A stretch of DNA of 23,253 nt from a virus (Duplodnaviria; Heunggongvirae; Uroviricota; Caudoviricetes), in the IMG/VR virus record IMGVR_UViG_2778261381_000011. One strand, 5' to 3'. Positions 9,048-17,363 of the stretch are shown in pieces (the first letter of the stretch is position 1; each line of letters begins with the position of its first letter). The notes beneath the pieces were generated by a model that did not search any database, was not told the origin of the DNA, and saw only the letters and a program-made list of their open reading frames with translations. Position numbers and translations under genes: made by a program.

Positions 9048-10121
9048 TTACGCTCCCGGCTCTGCGGTCGCTTTAGCCGGTGTGGAAAAATCACCGACCT
9101 TAATTTTTTCCACCAGACAACCGGCGGCATAGTCTTCCACCACGTAATCAATGTTCATTGACTCGTAGTTCTCCACGCGGTCGAGTTTCGGGTTTTCCAC
9201 AATCACGCGGCGATGGCTGTCATCCATGTAGTAGATGGACAGGTTTTCCAGCTTCGTGATGAGCATCGCATCCGCCGGGAAGTACGGGACACGTACCGCC
9301 GGCAGGTTACCGATGCGTTTCTGGCTGATGATGACGTCAGCGGCCAGCATCTCGCTGTTGTCCTGCTCCTTGTTGACGATGGGGAAATACTTGTCCGCCA
9401 GTAGCTGACGCCCCACAATCACCACAAGGTCAGGGTCTTCCTGATACCACGGCTCAATCAGGTTGTTGGTCGCATCCATCACCAGTGCATCGAGGCTTAC
9501 ATAATCACCGCCCTTACCCACGCGGATGACCTCAGAGGTCGTGTGACCTTCCTCGTCAGTGACCTTGCTCATCACGCGCGCCGGTGCCTCATTGCGGTAT
9601 TTCTGCAGCCAGCCGACCGCCACATCCTGCAGCATCGGATTGCTGCTGCGGTCAGAGGTTTCGGCACGCTTCACGCCGTTAAAACCGGCCATGATGAAAT
9701 CAAGGGACTGGCGTTTGATAATGGCGTTACGGATACGGAGCTGGAAATCCTGATAACGCGCCCACAGGTCAAGCGTTTTGTAGCGGATATAAAAATCGAA
9801 GTTAATCTGGTCGCATTCGTACTTGTTAGACGCCAGCTTCGAGAAGTCCTTCGGCTGACGCTCGGTGCCACCGGCGGTGTCGGTGGTGCTGGCGATGGAG
9901 CCGGTGACACCGATACCAATTTTTTCCCCTTTCATTTCGCTGACCGGCACAATGTTGATGCGGGTCAGAAAATCAGAGGACTCCTGCATGGTGTTCATCA
10001 GGGTCTGGGTGACCGACGGTTCAACGGTGAATTTTTTCGACACATCACCGGCGTCGATGCCGTTCAGTTCGGCAACACGGGACAGGTAGGCATTAAATTT
10101 AAAGCGGGTTTCCTGGCGCAT
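9048..10121 (-). CDS. N: Major capsid protein gpN
   Basis: 357 aa, begins MRQETRFKFNAYLSRVAELNGIDAG..., P2 gpN-like. Confidence 0.95.
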   Translation of the reverse strand: MRQETRFKFNAYLSRVAELNGIDAGDVSKKFTVEPSVTQTLMNTMQESSDFLTRINIVPVSEMKGEKIGIGVTGSIASTTDTAGGTERQPKDFSKLASNKYECDQINFDFYIRYKTLDLWARYQDFQLRIRNAIIKRQSLDFIMAGFNGVKRAETSDRSSNPMLQDVAVGWLQKYRNEAPARVMSKVTDEEGHTTSEVIRVGKGGDYVSLDALVMDATNNLIEPWYQEDPDLVVIVGRQLLADKYFPIVNKEQDNSEMLAADVIISQKRIGNLPAVRVPYFPADAMLITKLENLSIYYMDDSHRRVIVENPKLDRVENYESMNIDYVVEDYAAGCLVEKIKVGDFSTPAKATAEPGA

Positions 10122-10179
10122 AGTTTTTCCTGAAATTAAGGGTTAATCGTGAAGGTTTTCCCGGACTGACTGACGCCGG

Positions 10180-11034
10180 TCAGCAGTTCGTCATCAGGGC
10201 GTCACCGCCACCACCGGTGGCCTTGCTGCGGCGCTGCTGGGTCAGACTTTCGGTGTGGTCGAGACTGTTTTTCAGGCGGGTGAATGCCTGGCTGGTTTCA
10301 TCCGCCCTGTCAGTCACCTCCTGCTTAAGTGCGGAAAAGGCGGTTTCCATCTCAGAGAGGCGCTGCTCAGTGGCGCTCAGTTTTTCCTGCACATGTTCAG
10401 CAACAGCGGTCACCGCTTCATGCACGTCATTCAGACGGGCGTCATCGCTGGCCTGTTTGCGGCCAAAAATGGATTTCACCTTTTCGGTCAGGGCGGTGAA
10501 CACGGTTTCAGGCAGGTCTTCAAATTCCAGCTCAACGGGCGTTGCCACTGAAATCAGATTTTCAGGGCTTAATTTGAAGCGGTTCAGGGGGTTGTGTTTT
10601 GCCGTGCGGCAGAATTCCAGGTATTCCGTGCCGAGGCTTGCCGGGTCATCGGTGACGGCCAGCCCCACCAGATAACATTTGCCGGTGTTGGCAAAGTTCG
10701 GCTGAATTTCCATTGAGGTGTAGACCTTCTGCGCGGCCTTGTTCATCGCGATAAGGTCATCGGTCGGGGTGATTTTCGCAAACAGCGCCCACTTGCCTTT
10801 CAGCGCCGAATCATCGTCAATCTTTTCGGCCTTCAGTTCGGCCACATCGCCATAACGCTTAAAAATACCGTCAGGCAGGATGCCGCGCAGATGTTCCAGG
10901 TTAATGCGGCAACCATAGACTCGCGGGTCAAAGGTTTCGGCCATTTCCTGAATATCCTGCGCACTGATGACACGCCCGTCACAGGTGTCACCCTCAACGC
11001 CGATACGAAAGAATTTTGAGACTTTTTTTGCCAT
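10180..11034 (-). CDS. O: Capsid scaffolding protein gpO
   Basis: ATG at 11034 gives MAKKVSKFFRIGVEGDTCDG..., 284 aa as in P2 gpO; the track's extension starts upstream of this ATG. Confidence 0.9.
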   Translation of the reverse strand: MAKKVSKFFRIGVEGDTCDGRVISAQDIQEMAETFDPRVYGCRINLEHLRGILPDGIFKRYGDVAELKAEKIDDDSALKGKWALFAKITPTDDLIAMNKAAQKVYTSMEIQPNFANTGKCYLVGLAVTDDPASLGTEYLEFCRTAKHNPLNRFKLSPENLISVATPVELEFEDLPETVFTALTEKVKSIFGRKQASDDARLNDVHEAVTAVAEHVQEKLSATEQRLSEMETAFSALKQEVTDRADETSQAFTRLKNSLDHTESLTQQRRSKATGGGGDALMTNC

Positions 11035-11207
11035 TGTCAGGAGTCCTGAATAGTGATTAGAGGAGTCACATGTCGGCATCAGTTTCCCGACGATACGCAT
11101 CCTCCGCCATCAGTCCCGGATGGCTTATCACTGACACAACAGCACCTTAGCGAATCGCAGGGCGCGACTCAGTAGCCTTGCCGTGTATTCATCACGGCGA
11201 GGTATTC
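11035..11207. promoter_or_regulatory. Divergent late-promoter region between O (minus) and P (plus)
   Basis: 173-bp non-coding gap between divergent late operons, the position of the Ogr-dependent P_O/P_P promoters in P2. I could not find a clean TGT-N12-ACA dyad by eye, so this is positional only. Confidence 0.4.
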
Positions 11208-12980
11208 ATGACCATCACCACAGACACCACTCTTTTACACGACCCGCGTCGTCAGGCGGCGCTGCTGTACTGGCAGGGGTTTTCCGTGCCGCAAATTGCC
11301 GCCATGTTGCAGATGAAACGCCCGACGGTGCAGAGCTGGAAACAGCGCGACGGCTGGGACAGTGTTGCCCCCATCAGCCGTGTCGAAATGAGTCTGGAAG
11401 CGCGGCTGACCCAGCTCATCATCAAACCGCAGAAAACCGGCGGTGACTTCAAGGAAATTGACCTGCTCGGACGCCAGATTGAACGACTGGCACGGGTCAA
11501 CCGTTACAGTCAGACCGGCAACGAGGCAGACCTTAATCCGAACGTCGCTAACCGCAACAAAGGCGGGCGTCGCCAACCGAAAAAGAATTTTTTCAGTGAC
11601 GAGGCCATCGAAAAGCTGGAGCAGATTTTCTTTGAGCAGTCTTTCGAATATCAGTTGCACTGGTATCGCGCCGGGCTTGAGCACCGCATCCGCGATATCC
11701 TGAAATCCCGCCAGATTGGCGCGACGTTTTATTTTTCCCGCGAGGCGCTGCTGCGCGCCCTGAAAACCGGTCATAACCAGATTTTTCTGTCGGCCAGTAA
11801 AACGCAGGCGTATGTGTTCCGCGAATACATCATCGCCTTTGCCCGGCTGGTTGACGTTGACCTGACCGGTGACCCGATTGTCCTGGGCAATAACGGCGCA
11901 AAACTGATTTTTCTCGGCACCAACTCCAACACCGCGCAGAGCCATAACGGAGACCTGTACGTCGACGAGATTTTCTGGATCCCGAATTTTCAGGTACTGC
12001 GTAAGGTGGCATCAGGTATGGCCTCACAGAGTCACCTGCGCTCGACCTATTTCTCCACCCCGTCCACGCTGGCGCACGACGCCTACCCGTTCTGGTCGGG
12101 TGAACTGTTCAACCGGGGACGTGCCAGCGCCGCCGAACGTGTGGAAATCGACGTCAGTCATAACGCCCTTGCCGGTGGGCTTCTCTGTGCGGACGGCCAG
12201 TGGCGACAGATTGTCACCATTGAGGACGCCCTGAAAGGTGGCTGCACGCTGTTCGACATTGAGCAGCTCAAACGTGAAAACAGCGCCGACGATTTTAAAA
12301 ACCTGTTCATGTGTGAATTTGTTGACGACAAGGCGTCGGTGTTCCCGTTCGAGGAGCTGCAACGCTGCATGGTCGACACGCTGGAAGAATGGGAAGACTA
12401 TGCGCCGTTTGCCGCCAATCCGTTCGGCTCCCGCCCGGTATGGATTGGTTACGACCCGTCACACCGTGGCGACAGTGCCGGATGCGTGGTGCTGGCACCG
12501 CCGGTGGTGGCCGGTGGCAAATTCAGAATACTTGAGCGTCACCAGTGGAAAGGCATGGACTTTGCCACCCAGGCGGAATCCATCCGCAAACTCACCGAAA
12601 AATATAACGTTGAATACATCGGTATTGATGCCACCGGCCTCGGTGTCGGTGTTTTCCAGCTCGTGCGCTCGTTCTATCCCGCCGCTCGCGATATCCGCTA
12701 CACGCCGGAAATGAAAACCGCAATGGTGCTCAAGGCAAAAGACGTTATCCGCCGTGGCTGTCTGGAATATGACGTCAGCGCCACCGACATCACCAGCTCG
12801 TTTATGGCTATCCGCAAGACCATGACCAGCAGCGGACGCAGCGCCACCTATGAGGCCAGCCGCAGCGAGGAAGCCAGCCACGCCGACCTCGCCTGGGCGA
12901 CCATGCACGCTCTGTTAAATGAGCCACTCACCGCCGGTATCAGCACCCCGCTGACATCCACCATTCTGGAGTTTTACTGA
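11208..12980 (+). CDS. P: Terminase ATPase (large) subunit gpP
   Basis: ATG at 11208 preceded by GAGG; product MTITTDTTLLHDPRRQAALLYWQG..., 590 aa as in P2 gpP. Track ORF begins at a TTG. Confidence 0.95.
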   Translation: MTITTDTTLLHDPRRQAALLYWQGFSVPQIAAMLQMKRPTVQSWKQRDGWDSVAPISRVEMSLEARLTQLIIKPQKTGGDFKEIDLLGRQIERLARVNRYSQTGNEADLNPNVANRNKGGRRQPKKNFFSDEAIEKLEQIFFEQSFEYQLHWYRAGLEHRIRDILKSRQIGATFYFSREALLRALKTGHNQIFLSASKTQAYVFREYIIAFARLVDVDLTGDPIVLGNNGAKLIFLGTNSNTAQSHNGDLYVDEIFWIPNFQVLRKVASGMASQSHLRSTYFSTPSTLAHDAYPFWSGELFNRGRASAAERVEIDVSHNALAGGLLCADGQWRQIVTIEDALKGGCTLFDIEQLKRENSADDFKNLFMCEFVDDKASVFPFEELQRCMVDTLEEWEDYAPFAANPFGSRPVWIGYDPSHRGDSAGCVVLAPPVVAGGKFRILERHQWKGMDFATQAESIRKLTEKYNVEYIGIDATGLGVGVFQLVRSFYPAARDIRYTPEMKTAMVLKAKDVIRRGCLEYDVSATDITSSFMAIRKTMTSSGRSATYEASRSEEASHADLAWATMHALLNEPLTAGISTPLTSTILEFY

Positions 12981-14014
12981 TGAGCAAGAAAAAAGGGAAA
13001 ACACCGCAACCTGCGGCAAAAACAATGACCGCCAGCGCCCCGAAAATGGAGGCATTCACCTTTGGCGAGCCGGTGCCGGTACTCGACCGCCGTGACATTC
13101 TGGATTACGTCGAGTGCATCAGTAACGGCAGATGGTATGAGCCGCCGGTCAGCTTTACCGGTCTGGCGAAAAGCCTGCGTGCTGCCGTGCATCACAGCTC
13201 GCCGATTTACGTCAAACGCAATATTCTGGCCTCGACATTTATCCCGCATCCGTGGCTTTCCCAGCAGGATTTCAGCCGCTTTGTGCTGGATTTTCTGGTG
13301 TTCGGTAATGCGTTTCTGGAAAAGCGTTACAGCACCACCGGTAAGGTCATCAGACTGGAAACCTCACCGGCAAAATATACCCGCCGTGGTGTGGAAGAGG
13401 ATGTTTACTGGTGGGTGCCGTCCTTCAACGAGCCGACAGCCTTCACGCCCGGCTCCGTGTTTCACCTGCTGGAGCCGGATATCAATCAGGAGCTGTACGG
13501 CCTGCCGGAATATCTGAGCGCCCTTAATTCTGCCTGGCTGAATGAGTCGGCCACGCTGTTCCGCCGCAAGTATTACGAAAATGGCGCACATGCCGGATAC
13601 ATCATGTACGTCACCGATGCCGTGCAGGATCGCAACGATATCGAAATGCTTCGCGAAAACATGGTTAAGTCGAAAGGCCGCAACAACTTTAAAAATCTGT
13701 TTCTCTATGCCCCACAGGGGAAAGCCGACGGCATTAAAATTATCCCCCTCAGTGAAGTGGCGACGAAGGACGATTTTTTTAATATCAAAAAAGCCAGTGC
13801 CGCTGACCTGCTGGACGCGCACCGCATCCCCTTTCAGTTGATGGGTGGCAAGCCGGAGAACGTCGGGTCGCTGGGTGATATTGAGAAAGTGGCAAAGGTC
13901 TTTGTCCGCAATGAGCTTATCCCGTTACAGGACAGGATTCGGGAAATAAACGGCTGGCTCGGCCAGGAGGTCATCCGCTTTAAAAACTACTCACTGGACA
14001 CTGACAACGGCTGA
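12980..14014 (+). CDS. Q: Portal (capsid vertex) protein gpQ
   Basis: 344 aa, begins MSKKKGKTPQPAAKT...; start overlaps the P stop as ATGA. Confidence 0.95.
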   Translation: MSKKKGKTPQPAAKTMTASAPKMEAFTFGEPVPVLDRRDILDYVECISNGRWYEPPVSFTGLAKSLRAAVHHSSPIYVKRNILASTFIPHPWLSQQDFSRFVLDFLVFGNAFLEKRYSTTGKVIRLETSPAKYTRRGVEEDVYWWVPSFNEPTAFTPGSVFHLLEPDINQELYGLPEYLSALNSAWLNESATLFRRKYYENGAHAGYIMYVTDAVQDRNDIEMLRENMVKSKGRNNFKNLFLYAPQGKADGIKIIPLSEVATKDDFFNIKKASAADLLDAHRIPFQLMGGKPENVGSLGDIEKVAKVFVRNELIPLQDRIREINGWLGQEVIRFKNYSLDTDNG

Positions 14015-14019
14015 ACATC

Positions 14020-14041
14020 GCCGCCTGCGGGCGGCTTTTTT
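14020..14041 (+). terminator. Rho-independent terminator downstream of Q
   Basis: GCCGCC-tgcg-GGCGGC hairpin (14020..14035) followed by TTTTTT (14036..14041), 6 nt after the Q stop. Confidence 0.65.
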
Positions 14042-14182
14042 ACACCCCGCCATCACGCCCTCACACGCTCATCACCGCACAAAAAATCCCGCAGACACAC
14101 CAACGCCCAGCAGGCCAAGTAAACGCCTTCACGACGCGCTCAGACGCTGAAAAAATAAAATCAGCGCCACCGCCAGCGCGCA

Positions 14183-14201
14183 GTGCTTTCCCCGCCTCGC
14201 C
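14183..14201 (-). other. cos: P2-type cos site (19-nt cohesive end sequence)
   Basis: Minus strand reads GGCGAGGCGGGGAAAGCAC, which matches the P2 cohesive-end sequence as I recall it; it lies beyond the Q end, as in P2. Confidence 0.75.
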
Positions 14202-14220
14202 CGCCCGCTTCATGGGGCAA

Positions 14221-14248
14221 TTTGAATGCAAATGCATTAGCATTCAAA
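14221..14248. repeat. 28-bp near-perfect palindrome between cos and the cargo genes
   Basis: TTTGAATGCaAATGCATTaGCATTCAAA: 9-bp arms TTTGAATGC/GCATTCAAA around a palindromic AATGCATT core, two mismatched positions. Further GCAT/ATGC-rich palindromic motifs (TGCATGCA) lie at about 14293..14320. Confidence 0.5.
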
Positions 14249-14338
14249 AGCTATCCCCCAAGCAGCCTGTAAGAGTTTTTACCTCTACTTGTTTTGCATG
14301 CAAATTAATGCAATAGCATATACACCTACAGCATCTGA

Positions 14339-15628
14339 CTACTTTGTAAAAAGAGGCCTATATTTTTCAAACAAGGAGGTTTCGGATGTATTAACATCAG
14401 TGGCAGGCTGCATCTCAGCATGTTGCTTTTGTAAACGTTTAAATCTATCAATTGAATCTTTAATTAACCAAGACATTGACACCATTTCTAAAGGAGTGCG
14501 AAGCATCATTTGCCATGACACACCCCAAATCAATGAGCTACCTAATTCTTTAAATATCATCGAATAGTCTTCACCATCGACAAAAACAAGCTCAAACCCT
14601 TCATTCAAAGCTATTTGTTTAAAACAACCCAAATCAAGAACACAGAGAATAGTTAACTCCCCATTTATAAAGTCACACAAATCACGCGCATCATTTATAA
14701 GATTAACAAATGGAGTTAAAGGAACCCACAATTGATTATTTTTATATTCATTCAAAAATATAGGTGCAATTTCCCTCCCTCTAAGATCCAACTGTGATAA
14801 TGCTATATCCAGATCACAGCCACGATTAGATACCACATAAAATCCATCTTCTAGCCTTACCCATGAAATTCCTTTTTTCCTGCATACATTCAGATGCTCA
14901 TTAAATTCTTTTTTATATGTAACTTCTGAAAAACACAGTTCTTTCCTTAACACTAATGGCATCCCTCTAAAATCTTCAGCTTTATCTTCTGCTAAAAATT
15001 CAGCCAGTCTATTAAGGTTATTTTTTTGACGTTCAACACGATCATTTTTATTTTGACTTGATTTCACCTCCACCAGTACTGGTGCACCTTCACCAAGTAA
15101 ACAAACATCACCATGCCTCATACTCATTGTAATATCATTGAGTAACGTAGGAACACCAGCCTTGCAGGCCTTCTTCACCAATTCCCATTCTTCTTTTAAG
15201 CCATCCTTCCCTCCCATATAGCCCGCTGACTCCTTGGGACTGTAATCCACAACATTATAGAAAAAATGCTTAATATCAAACTTATCCAAATACAAAAAAG
15301 CAACACTATCACCAAACATTTTGAAGATATATATTTTAAATTTCACATCATCAATAGCCTGCTCAACACTCTTAATATTTTCCTTAATAAGTTTAGATTG
15401 TTCTTTTTTTAAACCACCTTTTCTTTTTGTTGCCTTTAGTTCCCCTAAGAAAGACTTTAATCCTTTGATCATCCTTTCACTTCTAATTATATTCCTTATT
15501 ATTTTGAACTGAAACGACAACAACAAATCTGTATTTTTTAGGTTTCCCTCTAATTTTACCAGGTCTTTTTTCAAATCAAACACTACCGAGTCATGCAATT
15601 TTCGACTCAATTCAGTCTTAAACTTCAT
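14339..15628 (-). CDS. Hypothetical protein with PD-(D/E)xK nuclease-like motif; AT-rich cargo at the P2 old/tin locus
   Basis: 429-aa ORF with ATG start and GAGGGA RBS 4 nt upstream. Helical/charged N-terminal ~100 aa, then ...EEWELVKKACKAGVPTLLNDITMSMRHGDVCLLGEGAPVLVEVKSSQ... giving E, D, ExK and Q in the order and spacing typical of PD-(D/E)xK nucleases. No TM segments. Not recognisable as Old or Tin. Confidence 0.6.
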   Translation of the reverse strand: MKFKTELSRKLHDSVVFDLKKDLVKLEGNLKNTDLLLSFQFKIIRNIIRSERMIKGLKSFLGELKATKRKGGLKKEQSKLIKENIKSVEQAIDDVKFKIYIFKMFGDSVAFLYLDKFDIKHFFYNVVDYSPKESAGYMGGKDGLKEEWELVKKACKAGVPTLLNDITMSMRHGDVCLLGEGAPVLVEVKSSQNKNDRVERQKNNLNRLAEFLAEDKAEDFRGMPLVLRKELCFSEVTYKKEFNEHLNVCRKKGISWVRLEDGFYVVSNRGCDLDIALSQLDLRGREIAPIFLNEYKNNQLWVPLTPFVNLINDARDLCDFINGELTILCVLDLGCFKQIALNEGFELVFVDGEDYSMIFKELGSSLIWGVSWQMMLRTPLEMVSMSWLIKDSIDRFKRLQKQHAEMQPATDVNTSETSLFEKYRPLFTK

Positions 15629-15675
15629 AGTTCCCTCAATAAAAGCAACTTACAGTCAAGGTAATTACTCCTGTT

Positions 15676-15737
15676 GTGGAACAGACTATTGCAGTCTCGT
15701 TCCACCACTAGTATAACAAGTATCAATACGGCATCAA
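15676..15737 (-). promoter_or_regulatory. Candidate sigma70 promoter and leader hairpin in the gap between the two cargo genes
   Basis: Minus strand reads TTGATG (15737..15732), 16-nt spacer, TATACT (15715..15710), then an imperfect hairpin GTGGAACAGACT-attgc-AGTCTcGTTCCAC (15676..15705) with no U-tract, then the RBS of the 429-aa gene. Confidence 0.3.
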
Positions 15738-15740
15738 CGA

Positions 15741-16472
15741 TTAGTTATCTAATACTGAAACGACTTCGCCCGTTCGGATGTCGACACGCGCAGCAATAGT
15801 CTGTTTAACTACTCCTCCATAAGCATTAGTGCCACGAAATGTGGTTTTCACAATGGCGTGCGGGTCTTTATTCAAAACCAAATGATATACCGTTGACACA
15901 TGTTTATAAGATGAATCATCGTTCATATTATCCTTAATTAGTTTTTCCAATGGACGATAAGAACCATCCCAACCACTAAAATTGCTCTGAAATGTATCAA
16001 GATTGATTTTATTGTTTAGTGAATTCGGGTCATTTTCATAATCATTAAAGCACCATCCAAGAACATCACCGAGTTTCAACTCATCATCTTTGGTAAATGT
16101 ATACTCACTCATGCAGGCATAAAATGCATCTGATGCGGTGACTGGCACTTTCTTAAAGTTAATGTAACTATTCACAATATCGTGTCGAGTCTTCTTTGGC
16201 TCGTTCCGATATTCCTTGAGTGTTTTTTCAGTATATTCGAATGTTTTTTGAGCCTGATGTTCTGCTACGGTTGCTGTTTCAGTTTTAGCAACTGGCTGGC
16301 TTTTTTCTGTTGGGTAGAGTATTGAACCAATTATGCTCAATGCAAAACCACCTCCGAGATAAACCGCACTTGCACGTTTACGGTTTGGCATCCGCACCAG
16401 TGATGGCTTGATTAACCCGATGAAAAAAGCAACGAAAAAAGCGAGTGATAGAAAAGCGATTACAATATCCAT
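15741..16472 (-). CDS. Hypothetical membrane protein with two N-terminal TM helices and a ~190-aa soluble C-terminal domain; AT-rich cargo
   Basis: Track ORF starts at a GTG (16496); the ATG at 16472 has an AAAGGA RBS and gives MDIVIAFLSLAFFVAFFIGLI (TM1), KPSLVRMPNRKRAS (basic loop), AVYLGGGFALSIIGSILY (TM2), then a hydrophilic domain. Confidence 0.6.
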   Translation of the reverse strand: MDIVIAFLSLAFFVAFFIGLIKPSLVRMPNRKRASAVYLGGGFALSIIGSILYPTEKSQPVAKTETATVAEHQAQKTFEYTEKTLKEYRNEPKKTRHDIVNSYINFKKVPVTASDAFYACMSEYTFTKDDELKLGDVLGWCFNDYENDPNSLNNKINLDTFQSNFSGWDGSYRPLEKLIKDNMNDDSSYKHVSTVYHLVLNKDPHAIVKTTFRGTNAYGGVVKQTIAARVDIRTGEVVSVLDN

Positions 16473-16701
16473 AGCTATCCTTTTTGCATCATCCACATAA
16501 AAAATCGATCTTATGTTAGCAACAGGAAGCTTACTTTTGAATATTTGTAAGTTGTTAGCTTTAGCTCTCCGAGCTAACTCCTTTCAACCGTCAAAAACCA
16601 GCACCAACGCAGTAAAAATATGACTATCAACTAACGCCTCGCTTCGCGAGTTGTTCAACCCCGCCAGCCCTGAAAACAAGTTTCACGACTGGCGGCGTTC
16701 T

Positions 16702-16908
16702 CTATCGTCTTCGTGGTGGTGGCGTAACTCTTGATTGACCGATATGGTTAAACCGCCCGTAATTATCCCGGACTATTTCGGCACACCCGACTAGCTCATC
16801 TGGCGTCAGATTTTCGTTGACCATAATCCGCTGTAGACGGTGAACAATGGCCATCAGCTTGATATTTTTAGTTTTATGCTGAGGTATCTCGCCTGGTATT
16901 CTGTGCAT
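16702..16908 (-). CDS. Small hypothetical protein (68 aa) coupled to the orf91-like gene
   Basis: ATG at 16908..16906 overlaps the upstream TAA as TAATG; product MHRIPGEIPQHKTKNIKLMAIVHRLQRIM.... No recognisable domain. Confidence 0.3.
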   Translation of the reverse strand: MHRIPGEIPQHKTKNIKLMAIVHRLQRIMVNENLTPDELVGCAEIVRDNYGRFNHIGQSRVTPPPRRR

Positions 16909-17363
16909 TATCCAAGCCACCCGTTTTGCTGTGCACGCTCCATCTGTTCATCTGAATAGTTCCATGCTCCATCCGTGGCAACCATTGCCCCGCCAGACAT
17001 CCCCGTCTCTGGTTCATACATAACAGCAAGGCCGAGCTGATGCATAATTTCATGATTAATTCTGAATACCAGACCACGCTCACTAAGTTCTTTCCAGTTC
17101 ACAATCTCATGTGCACCTGTATTAAGCAGCTCAATACTTAGCAAGACATAATCTTCCAGCCAGTCTGACAGGTCAGTAACATCTGTTATCCGGGCTTCAA
17201 CCTTTCGCCCCGTATACACACCCTGCACCCATTCATGCAAAATCAACGTGTCCCCGCGCTCATAATTACGGTCATTTTTCCGAAACTCTGCGCGTTTCTT
17301 TCCTTCCAGCACAAGGTCGAAATATTTTGCGTGCAGCTTTACCTCGTGAATTTTAGCCATCAT
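16908..17363 (-). CDS. orf91-position protein: ASCH/DUF3850-like N-terminal domain with a ~70-aa C-terminal extension
   Basis: Tandem ATGs at 17363/17360 overlap the A stop (ATGATGA). N-terminus MAKIHEVKLHAKYFDLVLEGKKRAEFRKNDRNYERGDTLILHEW resembles the small beta-barrel ASCH-like family. C-terminal part contains HEIMH (an HExxH pattern). Confidence 0.6.
   Translation of the reverse strand: MMAKIHEVKLHAKYFDLVLEGKKRAEFRKNDRNYERGDTLILHEWVQGVYTGRKVEARITDVTDLSDWLEDYVLLSIELLNTGAHEIVNWKELSERGLVFRINHEIMHQLGLAVMYEPETGMSGGAMVATDGAWNYSDEQMERAQQNGWLG

Noticed and set aside
9543-10133. Plus-strand 196-aa ORF antisense to capsid gene N
   Set aside because: Overlaps a near-canonical major capsid gene; no independent support.
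11235-11945. Minus-strand 236-aa ORF, plus ORFs 12459..12908 and 13364..13822, inside P and Q
   Set aside because: Antisense to terminase P and portal Q, which match P2 proteins along their full length.
14339-16472. Possibility that the cargo island is a retron or an Old/Tin pair
   Set aside because: Neither protein shows a reverse-transcriptase YxDD motif, an Old-type ATPase Walker motif or Tin-like sequence, and no msr/msd-like structured repeat was evident in the flanks.
16661-16695. Inverted repeat CCGCCAG...CTGGCGG downstream of the 68-aa ORF as a possible terminator
   Set aside because: Long 21-nt loop and no U-tract on the relevant strand; not a convincing intrinsic terminator.
16874-17083. 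69-aa minus-strand ORF overlapping the orf91-like gene in another frame
   Set aside because: Entirely nested in a better-supported ORF; no RBS; considered spurious.
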